Positions 13,428-27,000 of a stretch of DNA of 64,000 bases are shown piece by piece. The stretch is from Zygnema circumcarinatum SAG 698-1b (lineage: Eukaryota; Plantae; Zygnematophyceae). Under the pieces are notes generated by a model that searched no databases, was not told the DNA's origin, and saw only the letters and a program-made list of their open reading frames with translations. Numbering within the stretch: the first letter of the stretch is position 1; the number at the start of each line of letters is the position of its first letter. The stretch is from NCBI GenBank assembly GCA_037447605.1, contig CM074806.1, positions 2,356,001 through 2,420,000 of the forward strand, read 5' to 3'. Both the position numbers and the translations under genes were made by a program.

Positions 13428-16400
13428 ATGGAGTCCTCCGGGAGGCTGCAGGCGCAAGCGTCGGCTTCAGTGGCAGGTTTCACACAGCTGGAGGTCAGCC
13501 ATGGCGGAGTTTCCAACTTTTCTCACCTCGGGAGTGAAGCACCACTGCTGCGGCCCTCGACGCAGGAGGTGTGCGACCTCCGCATGGAACGCGCAATGGT
13601 TCCGCGACAGACGCTTTCGCAGAACGGTGAGGAAGCAGAGTTTTTGTAAAGGGCTGGTTTCTCTTTCCTGCGTGGCATCCAGGGCTGGAATGCAGTTCGG
13701 CTGCCCTATTGTTGTCGATTTTGAAAGGCGACTGACATAACGCAGATTTTCTGTGTCATGAGAGATGCGTACGGGAGCTAACAGGAGAGTTCTCAATCCG
13801 ATCGCTTTATCCATATTATAACTTTATTTTGCCATGTTTCCGCATTTAGGTCTAGTTTCTGCAGCTGAATCCCGGCTCTTGGTTCCAGGAATCATAAAAT
13901 TGGACTTTTAGCACCTTATGTTTCAGCAGCTGAAGTGAGCGACGCATAAGCTTCGTAAAGGTGATTTTTATTTTGGTAACTGGTCGGCTTCTCAATCTCG
14001 ACAATAACAGCAGCCACTGTCGCTACCTCTTGCTGCAATCGCTTTCTGATTACGCTTCAATGCTAGAGACCACTGATTGGCATAAAAAGTGGCATTTTTA
14101 TCTCCACGAGTAACAACGTATTTATCTCCAATAGTAAACAACTTATATTTGTGCAAAAAGGCTCCTGTGTTTCCTTGTGCAGGAGGAGCAATGCCATTCT
14201 AAACCATCAGACTGTATTTTTTTTTATAGTGAAAGCTGCCTTTTGGAAATTGAAGAATTGAACCAGAGCAGTATTTTCAGCTGTGTCTTCCGGATTGACT
14301 AGAGAAGTTATATTAACCAAGTGAACAGTGATAACTCGCAGTTTAATCCTCGTTGCGCTTTTTAGCATTTACAGCAGAGTCCGTACCTAGCTGTCCAGAG
14401 TCGCGAGACAAAGACTGCATATGCACACAGATTCCTTAGGAGTGTCTTAAGTTGGAGCGAATGGAATGGATCAGGTAAAGAGCGTAATGTAGAAGAGAGA
14501 TATGGTGTTCGCCCGAAAGTTGTTTGAGATGTCTCAACGGTCCTTTATTTGTTGTGCCAATCCTTTGAGGAACGGGGTCTGCATTACGTCTTAGCAAGCT
14601 GCACGAAGGTGCAATGAGATACGCTGAACGCAAGAACTTGCTCATGCTCCCATCGTTTTTCGAGCACTAAATATCCATTGATATTTACTCTAACTGTTCA
14701 TAGTCTAAAGCAGTTTTGCTGCCGTAAACTTAATCTTTTTTAGTTATAAAAATAACCAAAACGCAGGATTGCGAACTGTTCGGAAGTGTGGTGTAAAGGA
14801 AAGTGTGATGTCCAAAGGCGGCTGTCCCATTGCCTTCTCTCAGACTTAAGCAGCAGGCAGAGATTTCACTGAAAAACGTTTGTCTGTTGGCTCGCAGGCG
14901 CAGTTACTGTTATTATTCAGTGCAGCGCAACAGAAGATGGACTAAACGATTCTGGCGATGGAGCAACGGGAAGCTCTCAGGGCTCGACGCAAGGTTTCGC
15001 TAAATCCAAGAGAAGGGCACACCAGAAACGGGCACAAGCAGTGACACTGACCGGCGTAGGTCTGTGCTTAGGCACGCTCTTCTGTGATCCAGCACTGGCC
15101 TTTGGAGGTGGCGGGGGAGGTGGAGGGGGGGGGGACACTTTTGGCAAGCCCCGGCGGCCGGCCGTCATCACTTTGGCAGCGTATGCGGTCGCCAGATTCG
15201 TCTATGAGAGAGTAAGTCAATAGAAGGAAGCGAGCAGCATTATACTCAACATTTTTTCAGAAATTGCACTACCATCTTAAGACATCACATCATGCAGCGT
15301 CAGGTAAGTGGCGAGATCGAATATCTGGCATGCTGAAGTTATTACGTGAATGCTGAATGCTGAATGCTGAATGCTGAATGCTGAATTCTGAATGTAAGCC
15401 ATAGCATAGCAGAGCAGAGCGTTTGCTATGATGAAATAGGAGGATCATTTTACATGCGATGCAGAAGACTTAGGCCCAAGCCCTATGCAAGCCGTCATGT
15501 TGCAAACGCTCTTCTCTTTGCCAATATACATCCTGCTTCACTGCCAAACACCTGTAGGCCCTTTGATGGCGTCCAGAACATCTACTTATTGAGCTGTCAT
15601 TTTTGGAAGACGGTTGTGTTGGCGCGTGAAGCCAAGACCCAAAAAGTTGCATACTATTTTGAAGCCAAGGAAAATTTGGCTATGGAAGCTAGTGTTACAC
15701 CGGTCGCTTGACGTCAAGTATGAGAAGGGGTGTACAGGTGTCACACGACTTTTCTCAGTTATGGCTGAAGAAGACAGGCCAGCAAGTTCGATTTCGACTG
15801 AGTATTGGTGAGCATCGTTAGACCCATGCACTTGGTCTTTGCCATTCACACAATTGTTGCAAACCCTGTGAGGTGTTTTATTTAAAGGGAGCGAAATGGT
15901 TAGCGAATGTAGTATTTCTTCAGCAGGAAATGGCGGGCCTACAAATTGTTCCAAGGGAATTCACATTTCATGCACAGTTCTATTACAGTGTTGACATTGA
16001 ATCGGCTGAGTTAGGTGATTGAATCAGCTGAAGAGCATTATGAAAAGTTTGGATACCATGTTATCAATGATGTAAGCTTGGGGTAATTTATGCTATGATT
16101 CAACCTGATGGTATCGAGTAAGAGAAGGAGGAAGAAAAGTAGTACGATGAAGAAGATAAAAAATGAAGAGGAGCAGTTAAAAGCAAGAACGCCCCTGAAG
16201 TTTCGTGTTCTCTACTTTCACTTGCAAATTGACTAATTTAAGCACTTTAGAAGGTATGCAGGGGGCAGCGGATCGCAGGCACGAGCAGTCATCGATGGCC
16301 TGCCAGTAAGTTTGCTTTCTTGGCCACTCTTCAAGTTTTCCTTTTTCTCTATTTGCTGCTCTAAGGATGCCATCTATGAAGCTCAAGTAATGTACTTAAA

Positions 16401-19400
16401 AGAATTCCTGTTGCCCCAACTTAGATGTTAAGCAGCGAGATTTTTCTTTTCCAGACTATGCCAGGAGTTAAGTGATCACATGAAAATGCTTTGGATGCAG
16501 GCTGATATAGTCTCGCTGGCTCTCCCGTTGGATGTGATCAAAATTCAAGAAGCTGGTCTGATTGATCCTGGTTGGGAGGAAAGGGTGAGAAACACTCTTA
16601 TACTCTCCGCGCATTCAGCCGTCAAACATCTCATATCCTACATTGAGCATTTTACCGATTCTACCTAGTAGGATATAAGTTCACAATTCTCTTCCAAAAA
16701 AAAAGAGCGTGGTTTCCCTTACCTGGATTTTCCCGAACTTACATCTGCTGCTTCGTGGGATGGAGCGCAGGCCCCGAACAATTCCGTGCCGGCGGAGACC
16801 ACCGTCTGCATGGTCACTCGGCCCGGGAATCCAAAGAACATTCGGAGCTGGAAAGACCTTGCAAGGTGCTTGTGAACCACATGGAACAACTGCCCGCATG
16901 AAAAGATTTCAGTCTGCCAATTACAACAGGCAGTCACTCGTTTGGGAACTTTTCGTAGCCGAAAAGTCCTCTCTTGTTGTGCTCATGGAGTCAGTGCTCA
17001 GTCGGGGACTCTACCTGCAGTCTGGAGACATACAGTCTGCATGGTGGTTTGGTCAGTCAAGGGCTGTGCGACTAATTGTGTCTGCGAGGGGAGGTTTGCA
17101 GGGACGATGTGGTGGTCCTTACTGCCAACCCGAAGACGGCGGGAGTGGCCCGATGGAATTTTTTTGCATTATGGGGCTCCGTTTTGTTTGGAGGAGGGAC
17201 CAGTAAGTGGTTTTACATGAGCATTGTGAATTCATTCGTAGCAAGGGATTACTTCCTTGTCTGAGGTCTCTACGGTGCTTAAGCAAAAGCAATACCGTCC
17301 TATGTGATCGAATGCCTTTCTGAGACCGAGACTGTGAAAGTCATAATGTGCTTTTTCTGTCCGTTTTCTTCTTATTAGTTTTGTCTCTTTGAGATATGCA
17401 GCAGGTGAAGATGATGCGGAGAAGTTCATTGAAGACGTGTTTAAGAAGGTTCCAGTGCAACCTCGAGATGCTCGTGAGGTATGTCAAGCACTGAAGCGTG
17501 TCGAACCTGCTCCCTTCAGAAACTGAAGCGAAGAAGCAGGGCATTCCCGAAAATTCGTCGTGTTGAATTGATTTTTTTTGTTTGCATTTCTTTTAATAAA
17601 TGGGTGAAAGGCCCTGTTGCTTATGCTTTTAGCTTGAGGTGCTGGATACTGGATCTCTGTGGACCACTGAATGGGAGAAATCGGAGCGTCTGTGGCAGGC
17701 CTCGGATGTTTTCATTAATCAAGGAGTTGGGGATGTGCTGATCACATACGAGAACGAGGCCATCATCAGCAACCGCAAAATTCTAGAGGTGTGTGCATTG
17801 TCCATGGCGATGGCCAGAATTAGAATGAGTAGGAGCGTTCGTATGTTCGATTTGAAGTAACGGTCAGCGTGCAATTTTGTGGCCCAACATTGACACAGTC
17901 TCGTCATTGCATTTTCGTGGGACCAATGCACCGGTGTGGACCATTCATTTCTGTGTCTTATGATGTGTCTTATGCAGATAGGCAAGGGCGAGAGATTGCC
18001 CCACATTGTTCCAGACGTGAATGTGCGAGTTCAGACAGTGGTAGGTCCACAACTCTGCACATTACCATTACAAGATCCACCTTTTCTCTCATGCTCCTTG
18101 GGCTCAATTTCATTTGAACGTTTTGCTTTTTCCCAGCCAGGAGCCTGGCAACTATTCTCTTGTTTGGCACAAGGTCACTACTTTCCAGCTCCCAAGTATA
18201 AGTTACTGCAAGCAGCCTACAGAGGGAGTGGCATATGCATACATGTTGTGCAATTTTTTGTGCTTTAAGTAGGCCTTTTGTCTCCTACGTCGAAGACTCT
18301 GCCTTCTGCTGACAATGATTATGCTCACTCTTCAATGCTGCAGATTACAGTGGTGGACAGGAACGCTGAAAGGAATGGTGTTAAAGATGTAAGGACTTCT
18401 CATGTTGTGTGTGTGCTCTATTCCCTTTGTTCAATGTAGACATTGAAGAACTTCGTGAATGGTAAATTTTGCTGGTTAGACAAAAGAGATGCTCAGAGAT
18501 TCCCGAATTGCAGTTAATATGTTGAAGGAAAATTGGAGCTTCAGATATGCAATGCATTCGTGGAGTACGTGTTCACCGAAGCGGCACAGAAAGCCTTTGC
18601 GGATTGGGGGTTCAGGCCATACTTGAAGGATGTGAGTTCCTGTTTACTTTCAGTTCAATTTCCTAATAGTTAAAAGTTGTCCAGGTTGTTCTTCAACATC
18701 GGAGCATAGGGAGTCGTCAACAAACGTGTATTGCTTTATTGGTTGCTAACTGGAACCACGGAGGTGCCATTTGAATCTTGCAAGCGTAATCACGGTCTTT
18801 GGGTTTCATGGGAGGATCAGAGACCTGTGAGATGCGTATCACTTGTTTACCTGTGTTTGCGATAAATCATTTTTCGGCATATGGGAACAGGTGGTTTCTG
18901 GAGAAACGAAAACACCAAACCATCTATGGCGAGTGGAGGATTCTTTGGGAGACTGGAACTCTTTGCAGGTCATTCTTCCCTCTCCATAGCAGATAGCTAT
19001 TTCTGCTGTTTTTGTATAGGAGTAGAAACGTACCATGAAAGGGAACTCCGTGAGCAACTTCGTAGTCATTGCTTCGCGGCTTGAGTCCATCATGTGTGCC
19101 TTTCTTCTCACAGGCTCGAATCTTTGTGAATCGATAAAGTGCATTCCTTTTATACACACATACGCGTGGTTGTTGGAGCTAGATTGAAACCCGTTAACTG
19201 GCTTGCACTGTTTCTATTGCAATACGTCTAATGGTCTTGCCAGGGGTGATGTTAATGCTTGCGTCGAAGATTTCCTCAGTGGCTCCTTCCAGTAGTGAGG
19301 CCTTTCTTCGACTATAGATGGCCCTAGTCGAAGGACGAACAAACTGACACTGTGCTTCTGGTGCTTGTGAGGCTTGCAGGAGAAGTTCTTTTCGGAACAG

Positions 19401-19454
19401 GGCCTGGTGGATAGGATTGAAAAAAGAGTCAGCAAGGTTCGCATGATTGCGTGA
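13428..19454 (+). CDS. SBP: Plastid sulfate-binding protein of a bacterial-type sulfate ABC transporter (Sbp/CysP family)
   Basis: Spliced translation includes [136 protein letters not shown] and EKFFSEQGLVDRI. Start codon and N-terminal exons are less certain. Confidence 0.9.
15348..15393 (+). repeat. (TGCTGAA)n heptamer tandem repeat in SBP intron
   Basis: About six tandem TGCTGAA/TTCTGAA units. Confidence 0.85.
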
Positions 19455-21075
19455 GAGGAGTCACAAGCAGCTATATGGTTTGGTCAGTTGTGCAGTTTTG
19501 TATTCTTCCATGGCGTGTCAGTGGAAGCACGATATAAAGAAAATTTTTGTACATTTTGGAACTTAATGTAGGTGAAGTTTCAAGTTAAAGCTTGTTTCTC
19601 TTTCAGTGGAAGTTTGTCCAAGGTCTTCAATTGAGCTGCATGAGGTGGATCTGTCCAAGCCGTTTGTGAAACAACTTGTAATCCTGAAGTGACAGAAATC
19701 CAAGACTGCATAATGAACGTGTCGTTAGTACATGGATCTCCATCTGAGAGCCTCACAAAATCCCACAGTTTTTTTTTTATGTTGGCTGGTATGATGCGGT
19801 GAAGAACAGACTGGCAAATTTTCTATCCTTAAACATTGCTAAGTAAAAGGGACGTGTGCTTTACTGCTACGCTAGATATGAAAGGAGCAGTGTCGATACA
19901 CTTTGCAGACCTTCGACCACAGGGTTGCATGATGGTGCATCCATTGTAAGGTGTATGGAGTTGAGGGAGAGGGCCGCACAAGGAATCCAGCTGTGAAAGC
20001 GGGCGGGAGGGTCTGGCAGGGGAGAGAGGGCGGTACCGTACGGAAGGTAAAGGACGAAAGAGGACAAAAAGGCTCGTCTGGCGGTCACCGTGGACACATC
20101 CAACTGCACTGAAATGCCAGTTGCATATTACTTAACAACGTTTTATTTTTTTGTTTAGAAAAAAAGTGATTCTAATTTCAATGCGATGTTAATGTCAGCG
20201 GTTGCGGTACGGTGTTGACTCATAACATCAATCATCTCTAAACGTCATTTTATGACGGCCATGTCGCATATGCATAACGATCACCTCATGAAAAGACTCT
20301 GTGTGGTTCTTCGTGGGGGTTCACTCCACACCGGATTGTTAGAAACCCCTTCGGCAAGTTGCCGATGATTCTTTTCCCCCGCCACCTTGAAGAACCGTTT
20401 ATCAGCCCGAACTTCGACCCTCCATTTGTCGTGGTAACGAACAGTTAGCGATGCATGACATCGTTCAGAGCATACAAAAGATAAAGTTGGTTGATTGAAC
20501 TCCACATTTTAGAAAAGCCTAAAGAAGGCATAGAGACATTCAGCCGTTGCAAAATACTTCCGAGCAACTCTGGGAAAAGCATTCCTTTTCACGAGCACAA
20601 GCAAAGAGATGGGTACAGCTCATAGAGAAAGTGCCAAAGGCGCAATGGCTGCCTGTGCCAATTTTTTCTAACAGAGTATGGTCCGGCCTGGAAAGCCTTT
20701 TTGACATATCTAAACTGAACCTAAGTCAACTCGGTTTCGAACCTCGTCATTCCTAAAATACCCCAAACTTTGCAGCATTATCCGTGACACATGGGATTGC
20801 TTCACTATGGCCAACGTGACTGGCCAATGTGACCATGAGTATCACGGACCGACTAACCCAATAATAAAGCCCAACGAAAAGGATGAAAATATGGAACATG
20901 TTGTCTGATCTCCACCAGGAAACTCCCATTAGATCCAGCAACTAAAGCAGCTTGCAGTGATCTGGGCTTCACTGAGCTATTCTCGGCAAATGAAAGTATG
21001 AGCAGTTGTTGATTACTTACAAGAGAGACCCAACTCGTGATGTCCTGACGACCGGCTTGCAGGAAGGTTGAAGGC

Positions 21076-24000
21076 TCAAGAGCGGTCAGAGCTCTCCTCA
21101 CTGTCCACGGCCAATCGCGCTCTTTCAAAAGGACTACTCCTTGGCGAGAATGAGTACTGCTGGACCTTCATCAAGTCAGCATTCAATGCAGCTAGCTCAC
21201 GGTCAAGCGTCCTCCGAACATCGCTTCTGTTCTGCTTCCCAAAGAGAGCATTCCACACCAGTTCCTCGCCCGACCGCTTTCCTGACTTTCCCGGTTTTTC
21301 TGTGTCCCTGCCTAGTCCCTCGCTGAAAATAGCAGTTTGCTCAACAGACGCATCCGGGGCAGGCACCTGCATTGCAAATTAAATAGTTCACAAGGAATAC
21401 ATAAATAACGAACTAGCCGATTGCAAGAAATAGTCAATCACGGGTAAGTATGCCTATCATTCAGAGGGAGAGCCATCTGTGCATGCATCTTATGAGCGGC
21501 CACGAAACTGAATCGGCATTCACAGCCAGTGACCATTTGTTTCTCCATGAAGATAACAAGGCAATCAAACGTCTTTCCAACCACTCAGTATGAAGACAAA
21601 GTCAGCCATCCAATTAAAGAGATGTTGCATGGAGCTTGGAAACAACCAACTTGACAGCATGATGCAGCATGCTGCAACCAACAACGACGAGTCCTATATG
21701 TAGCTACTTTGCAGTGGACATTCATTTTGATAAAAAGTTCAAGTGCTCTGTGAAAGGGAAGAACGAAATGGACTTAAATAGATGTGTTGAATTTGACTAA
21801 GATCGGTTTGAGTGGAAGAATGACCTAATAGACATCAGTCCCAACAAGGGGGAAAGGAGCCACTATGAGCCGGTAAGGCATTTTACAAAACCTTTAACGT
21901 GACAGCCATACCTTGCTGATATCCGGAGTGCTTGAAAACAGTCCCAAAACAATGACAGGCCCAGCGATGGCAAGGCCAATGGAAACCAAGACTGCTCGCT
22001 GAAGGAGAACTTTCTGTTGTTCAAAATTGATTTTTTCAGATGTCATGGCATCCACATGTGCCTGGCTATCTTTCAAAAAGGCCAATTCTTCATGAAGTTG
22101 TTGTTCTCTCCTCTGCAAAGTGTCCCAGGTGAATCACAAACTCCTTCAGTTTATCATAAGCCAAGTGACAGGTGACTGGAAACTGCTGCTTAAAGCATCG
22201 ACTGCACTATGGATTTGCTACAATTTAGAATTGCCTGATTCAACAATGTTGAGAGAAACGAAATGAAAAACATGACAACAGTTGGTTGCAGACACGTGAA
22301 TGCCGGAAGCGCAAAGAGAATGCCCATTTCCCGTCTGAGTTTCATCAAGTGAAAGGTCCACACCTCTGCCTCTTGTTCAGAAGCGATGCGCAAGCGCTCC
22401 AACTCCTCTGCCAAGTGTGCGACATATTGTCTCGCTCCGTGAAGCTCATCCGCCAAGTCTTCTCCCCGTGAAGTTGCTGCAGACAACTCCGCTGCAACTT
22501 CTGCAAGCTCCGTCTGATAATAGGCGGTTGCTGTCACAAATTCCTGTCTATGCTGTTCTGTAGCTTCTGCCAGCTCCAATAAGTGTTCTGTAGCCGCTCT
22601 ATCCGCTTCTTCCCTGCACAAACATAACATTTTCTTACTCGTCCATACAGGCAGGACATCACATCCCATCTGCATTGATAGTCATATCGGTCAAGCGGAA
22701 AAGCATACGGATGGCGTGCTTTGACAGGATAACGAGGTAACTGCCGCCCTTTGGAACTCAAGCTTTCACAGCCTCGCGAAGTCAACACTATTTGATTGCA
22801 CGTAAAATGGACAGGTCATGTATTCAGAATGAGAGTAGAAGTGGTGAAGTGGTTCCATTGAATGCAACAGCTGACGAAGTCGTTCATGCTCATGAAGTTC
22901 GGAAAATTTGGCCTTTATCTTTATTGCAAATCCACTGCAACATAAGAAATAGAACACTCTCACTGCACTAAAGATGAGAGCTCATAACAGCTCTCCGTGG
23001 GGAATCGCATTTCCTCTACGCCAAGATGGCACAAAAAAACGAGGATTTACGACCCTTCTAAGACATACACTACTTGGCTTGGTGCTGTCGCCACAGCAAG
23101 CATTAAGTGAATGCCCTCAGCGTAGACAAACCATACAAGACATTAGCCTTCAAGAAGCCAGTAGTCCTGCTTCAGGGACAATGGATGAGTGTTCTGCACA
23201 GGCAAGAAGAAGACAAACACTCACCTCCTTTCAGAACGTGCCAATATCCTGTTTGTTGCTAATTGTTGCAGCGACTTGGTCAAGTGAGGCTGACTGCTTT
23301 CTACGCAGAAACTCAGCTGCTTGAATTAGTTAGGCATATTGCAACTAGCCATTTCTCCTTACGGAAGTGATGGAGACAATGAGGACCCGAGGGCCCGAAT
23401 CAGATGCTGTTGCAAAGGCTTTCCCTGTCAAATTATTGGCGATTTTTTCTAAACACGGGCACTTAATGAAAGCTCACACAAACACTGAAAATATAATGCT
23501 TTCGTCAAACTGGCAGGCAAACCGGCGTGTCAATTCTATGTTCAATGCCATTCAAGAGATGGTACCTGGTCCTAAGTGTTCTCTCCTTTCAATGTTTTAT
23601 CGTGTTCAATAACAGTCTAACATCTCCAATCTAACGGTGTCAAACAACAGAGTACGCTCGCCGTTTTCCATGGCAAAACCAGACTATGCTCTTCATTTGG
23701 AGAGTAGCTAGGAAAAGAGATTGCATCGGACTACCTGCACTGACCCACAAATCCGCATTTGCTAGTCCTGATTAAAACATGAGACATTTGCCACGTTTCT
23801 CAAAATTTTGAGAGAGTGCTCTACGCGCCGTTAGGCAACTCTGAAGTGGATACTTTCAGAACTACAATTTGCACAGTTCGAATTTCAAACCCGATAAGGA
23901 AAAAATCGTATCGTGAAATACAGGAACAGCTAACAAAACATGCTCCCACATTCTCGAACCAATCAAAACGAGCCTGCAGTGAAAGCAGGAGACATAGCGA

Positions 24001-27000
24001 AACTAACATTCATTGGTCCTCTCAAAACTCTCAAAAACTACTACATTGTCAATGCTAATCTAGGATCACCGCACTTGGATGCCCTTGGCGTATGTCCCTA
24101 CAAAGGTACACAGTCGTACTTCGATTCCACGCCGCTACATGAACTCCGTTAAAAGTGAAGTGGATTGCAGGAAAAGGCGCTAAAACATGAGGAATGCGAA
24201 CAATAAGGTTCTCCAGGCACAAGAGATACTCGAGGTTGAGACTCAAGGTCAGACCTTGTACAGTAACCATTAATAAATATGAACAGGAATAAGGCAAAGG
24301 GTCTCAGTGCGAAGACCTTACCTCAAATTGGTTAGAGTTGTTTGAAACGACACTTTCTCCTCTTCCAATCCCCCAATCTTCTCAGCGGCGGACACCAGCT
24401 GCAATCTCATGTTCATCAATTCCTTCTCCAGCTCCGGTATCCGGCTGCTTGAAGCAGGTGATTCACCATTCTTCAAGTGCTCTAACTCCTTCGTCAAAAG
24501 CACCACCTGCTCTTGTGCAAGTGCACGTGCTCCTTCAGACTCCAGGGTCGCCTCTTTCTGTGCAATAACCTTCTGAACAAGGTCATCGACAGTGCTTCGC
24601 AGGGCAAGTACTGATTCTTGCGCAGAAGAATTCTCGCTCCTTGCAGCTGCCTCCCGCTTCCTTGATTCAGTGACCTCCTTCAACACTTCTTCAAGGCGGA
24701 CCTTGGCTTCCTCCGAAGCCGCTTCTGCAAGTACAGAGCTTTGCTGTTCCCTGATCGCAAGTTCGGAGAGCTTTTCTGTTAACTTGGCAAAGGTACCACT
24801 TAGAGCTGCTGCCGCTTCACTAGCATTCACATCACGCAACTGCAAAAATTTTATCCTCTCCGATAAGGTTGCAATTTCTTTCTCAGCTGTGCTTGCCTTT
24901 TCAATTGCAAGGGCTGCCCTTGCCTCAGCATTCTCCAGCTTTTCCTTGTATGCTGAAACGGCTTCTTGTTGAGAATTCTCTGCAGCTGCCTTCGCAGCCA
25001 ACAGGCCAGAAACTCTCCGTGACAGCTCTTTGTTATCATTTGTTAGCTCTATTAAGCTACCCTTAACCATTTCTGTGTCACTCATCAACTCTTTTATCCT
25101 AGCTGAGAGCAAAAGAACTTGCTGCTTAGCGATAGCCGCTTCTTCCTTCGCATGAGCTGCTTCTTTGGCTTTCCCGGCAGCAAGCATCTGTACAAGAGTA
25201 GAAAATAGATAGTTCAGCAGAGGAGCTCGTTCAAGAGTAAAATTGCAGCAAAAAAAGTATGCACCCACAGCAAGAGCATTTGACACCTGAATTCCGATAC
25301 ATCCCAGTGTTAGTAAAACGAAAGCGCTCATCTCCAATTGGTCTCTGCTGCAAGACGATTTTAGATTATTTATGTCTAATGAATAAACTGTCGGGTAAAG
25401 CTGCTTACCTTGACTCGCTCCATCTCGTTTGCTGTAGCCTTTCGTGCCTTCAGATAAGAAACCTGCGGACATACAGTACGTGCATGTTGTGAAATGAACG
25501 ACCGCACTCGTGGCCGACATGAACAACACAAGAAAAATTACAGAAAAAAACTGTAACTGAAAGGTCCACGTTTCACAGCTGACAACCAATCGAAGATGTT
25601 GAGAAGAAACGTCAGGTACCTGAGATAATTTATCAGTAAGCTGAAGGTGGGAAGATACTCCTTGCTGGAAATGTTCAGAAATGAGTAGTCTTTGCGCGGT
25701 CTGCAAACGGGAAAGCACAACGCACAGTGATAATCAGAGCTACCATATTCAAGCATATGGGGCAAACGCTTCAAGCACTTCATTCAAGCTGTTACAGAGA
25801 TTAAAATTAGCTGTATGTCAACTGAAATAACACTTAAATCCTTCACAATTGCTTCATTCCATAAACAGTAAATACGAGTACTCTCAAGCTCACAACTACT
25901 GCAAACTCATATGCACCGCCGACAAGAAAGCTCGTCTGGCGTGCCAATAAACTCACAAGCCAGTCCTCTGCTGAAGAACCAGTGACCCCCCGGAACTCTC
26001 TTCCTCTGCAGAGGTCTTGGGCCAACGTTGCCAATCTTGTGGACTCACCGGCCAAAAGTTTGTTCTTTGTCTGCATGCAGGAAAGGCACAAAACTACATA
26101 ATAAGCAACAGATGCATACATCCAATTTTGGCACTGTAAAAAGCAAGTTCTAAAGGTCCAGATGACCAGAAAGTTTCTCACCTTTGAGCGTAGCTACATA
26201 TATTACAATTACACTTCATCTTTGGTATGGACCTACTCAAGATTAGTGAATTGCAGTACAAACCATGATGGTCACCTCGAGCAATTACCAGCAACAAGTA
26301 GAAACGATCGCACTTTTAAGAGATTTGAACCATCTTACTTCTTCCCAAGCAGCCATATTTGGAGTAGCTGAAGGGCACACATCGTGAATCTGCTGCATTG
26401 CCTTCCTAAGCTCCATCGCCTTTGCGAAGGTCAAATAGCTGCGACACAAACAAGACATAGGTCAGGTTGACAAAAGAATTTGCAAACGTAACAGACGAAG
26501 ACAATTATGAATTAAGCACAAGCCAGCTTCCCAAGGAAAGCAGACCCATAACTCTTCTTTTTATTAATGTGATAAAAGTTTGGCATTTCAACAAGCGTGC
26601 TAATTGGGATATTGCCTTAAAGCAACAAGGGAGTCCCGCTGAAGACCAGAGGCATCGCTAAGGTAGACTTTGTGGCCACTCGCTGTCAACGACGCCACAG
26701 TCCGAACAGCCTCAGGAAGAGCTAAGGCCTGCCAAAACGAACATGAGAGCACTTCAGTTGATGCAAGCTCCTGCTACTAAATATAGAGATGGAGGGAGAG
26801 ATTGATGTGTCCTGAGCACCAGTAATCATATCAAATGAAGTCAAACCCGTAAATCTGAACAAGTGACCTTAGCCGAACACAGGGTGAATGGAGTGCCTTG
26901 AAATCTAGATGCACCCTTCATTGAACAAAGTTTCAAACTAAAATAAAAAGAGAAGAAATCTTGCTTATATTGTATGTAACTGCTTTTCAGATTCAGTTAG

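Noticed and set aside
13428-19454. Bacterial contamination or recent HGT explanation for SBP
   Set aside because: Gene has many spliceosomal introns and an N-terminal extension, and the family is known from green algal plastids.
20720-20755. GGTTTCGAACC B-box-like motif (tRNA/SINE?)
   Set aside because: No cloverleaf, A-box or tail could be found.
24318-25718. 466-aa single ORF
   Set aside because: It reads through introns; only parts are exons of the DSP/coiled-coil gene.
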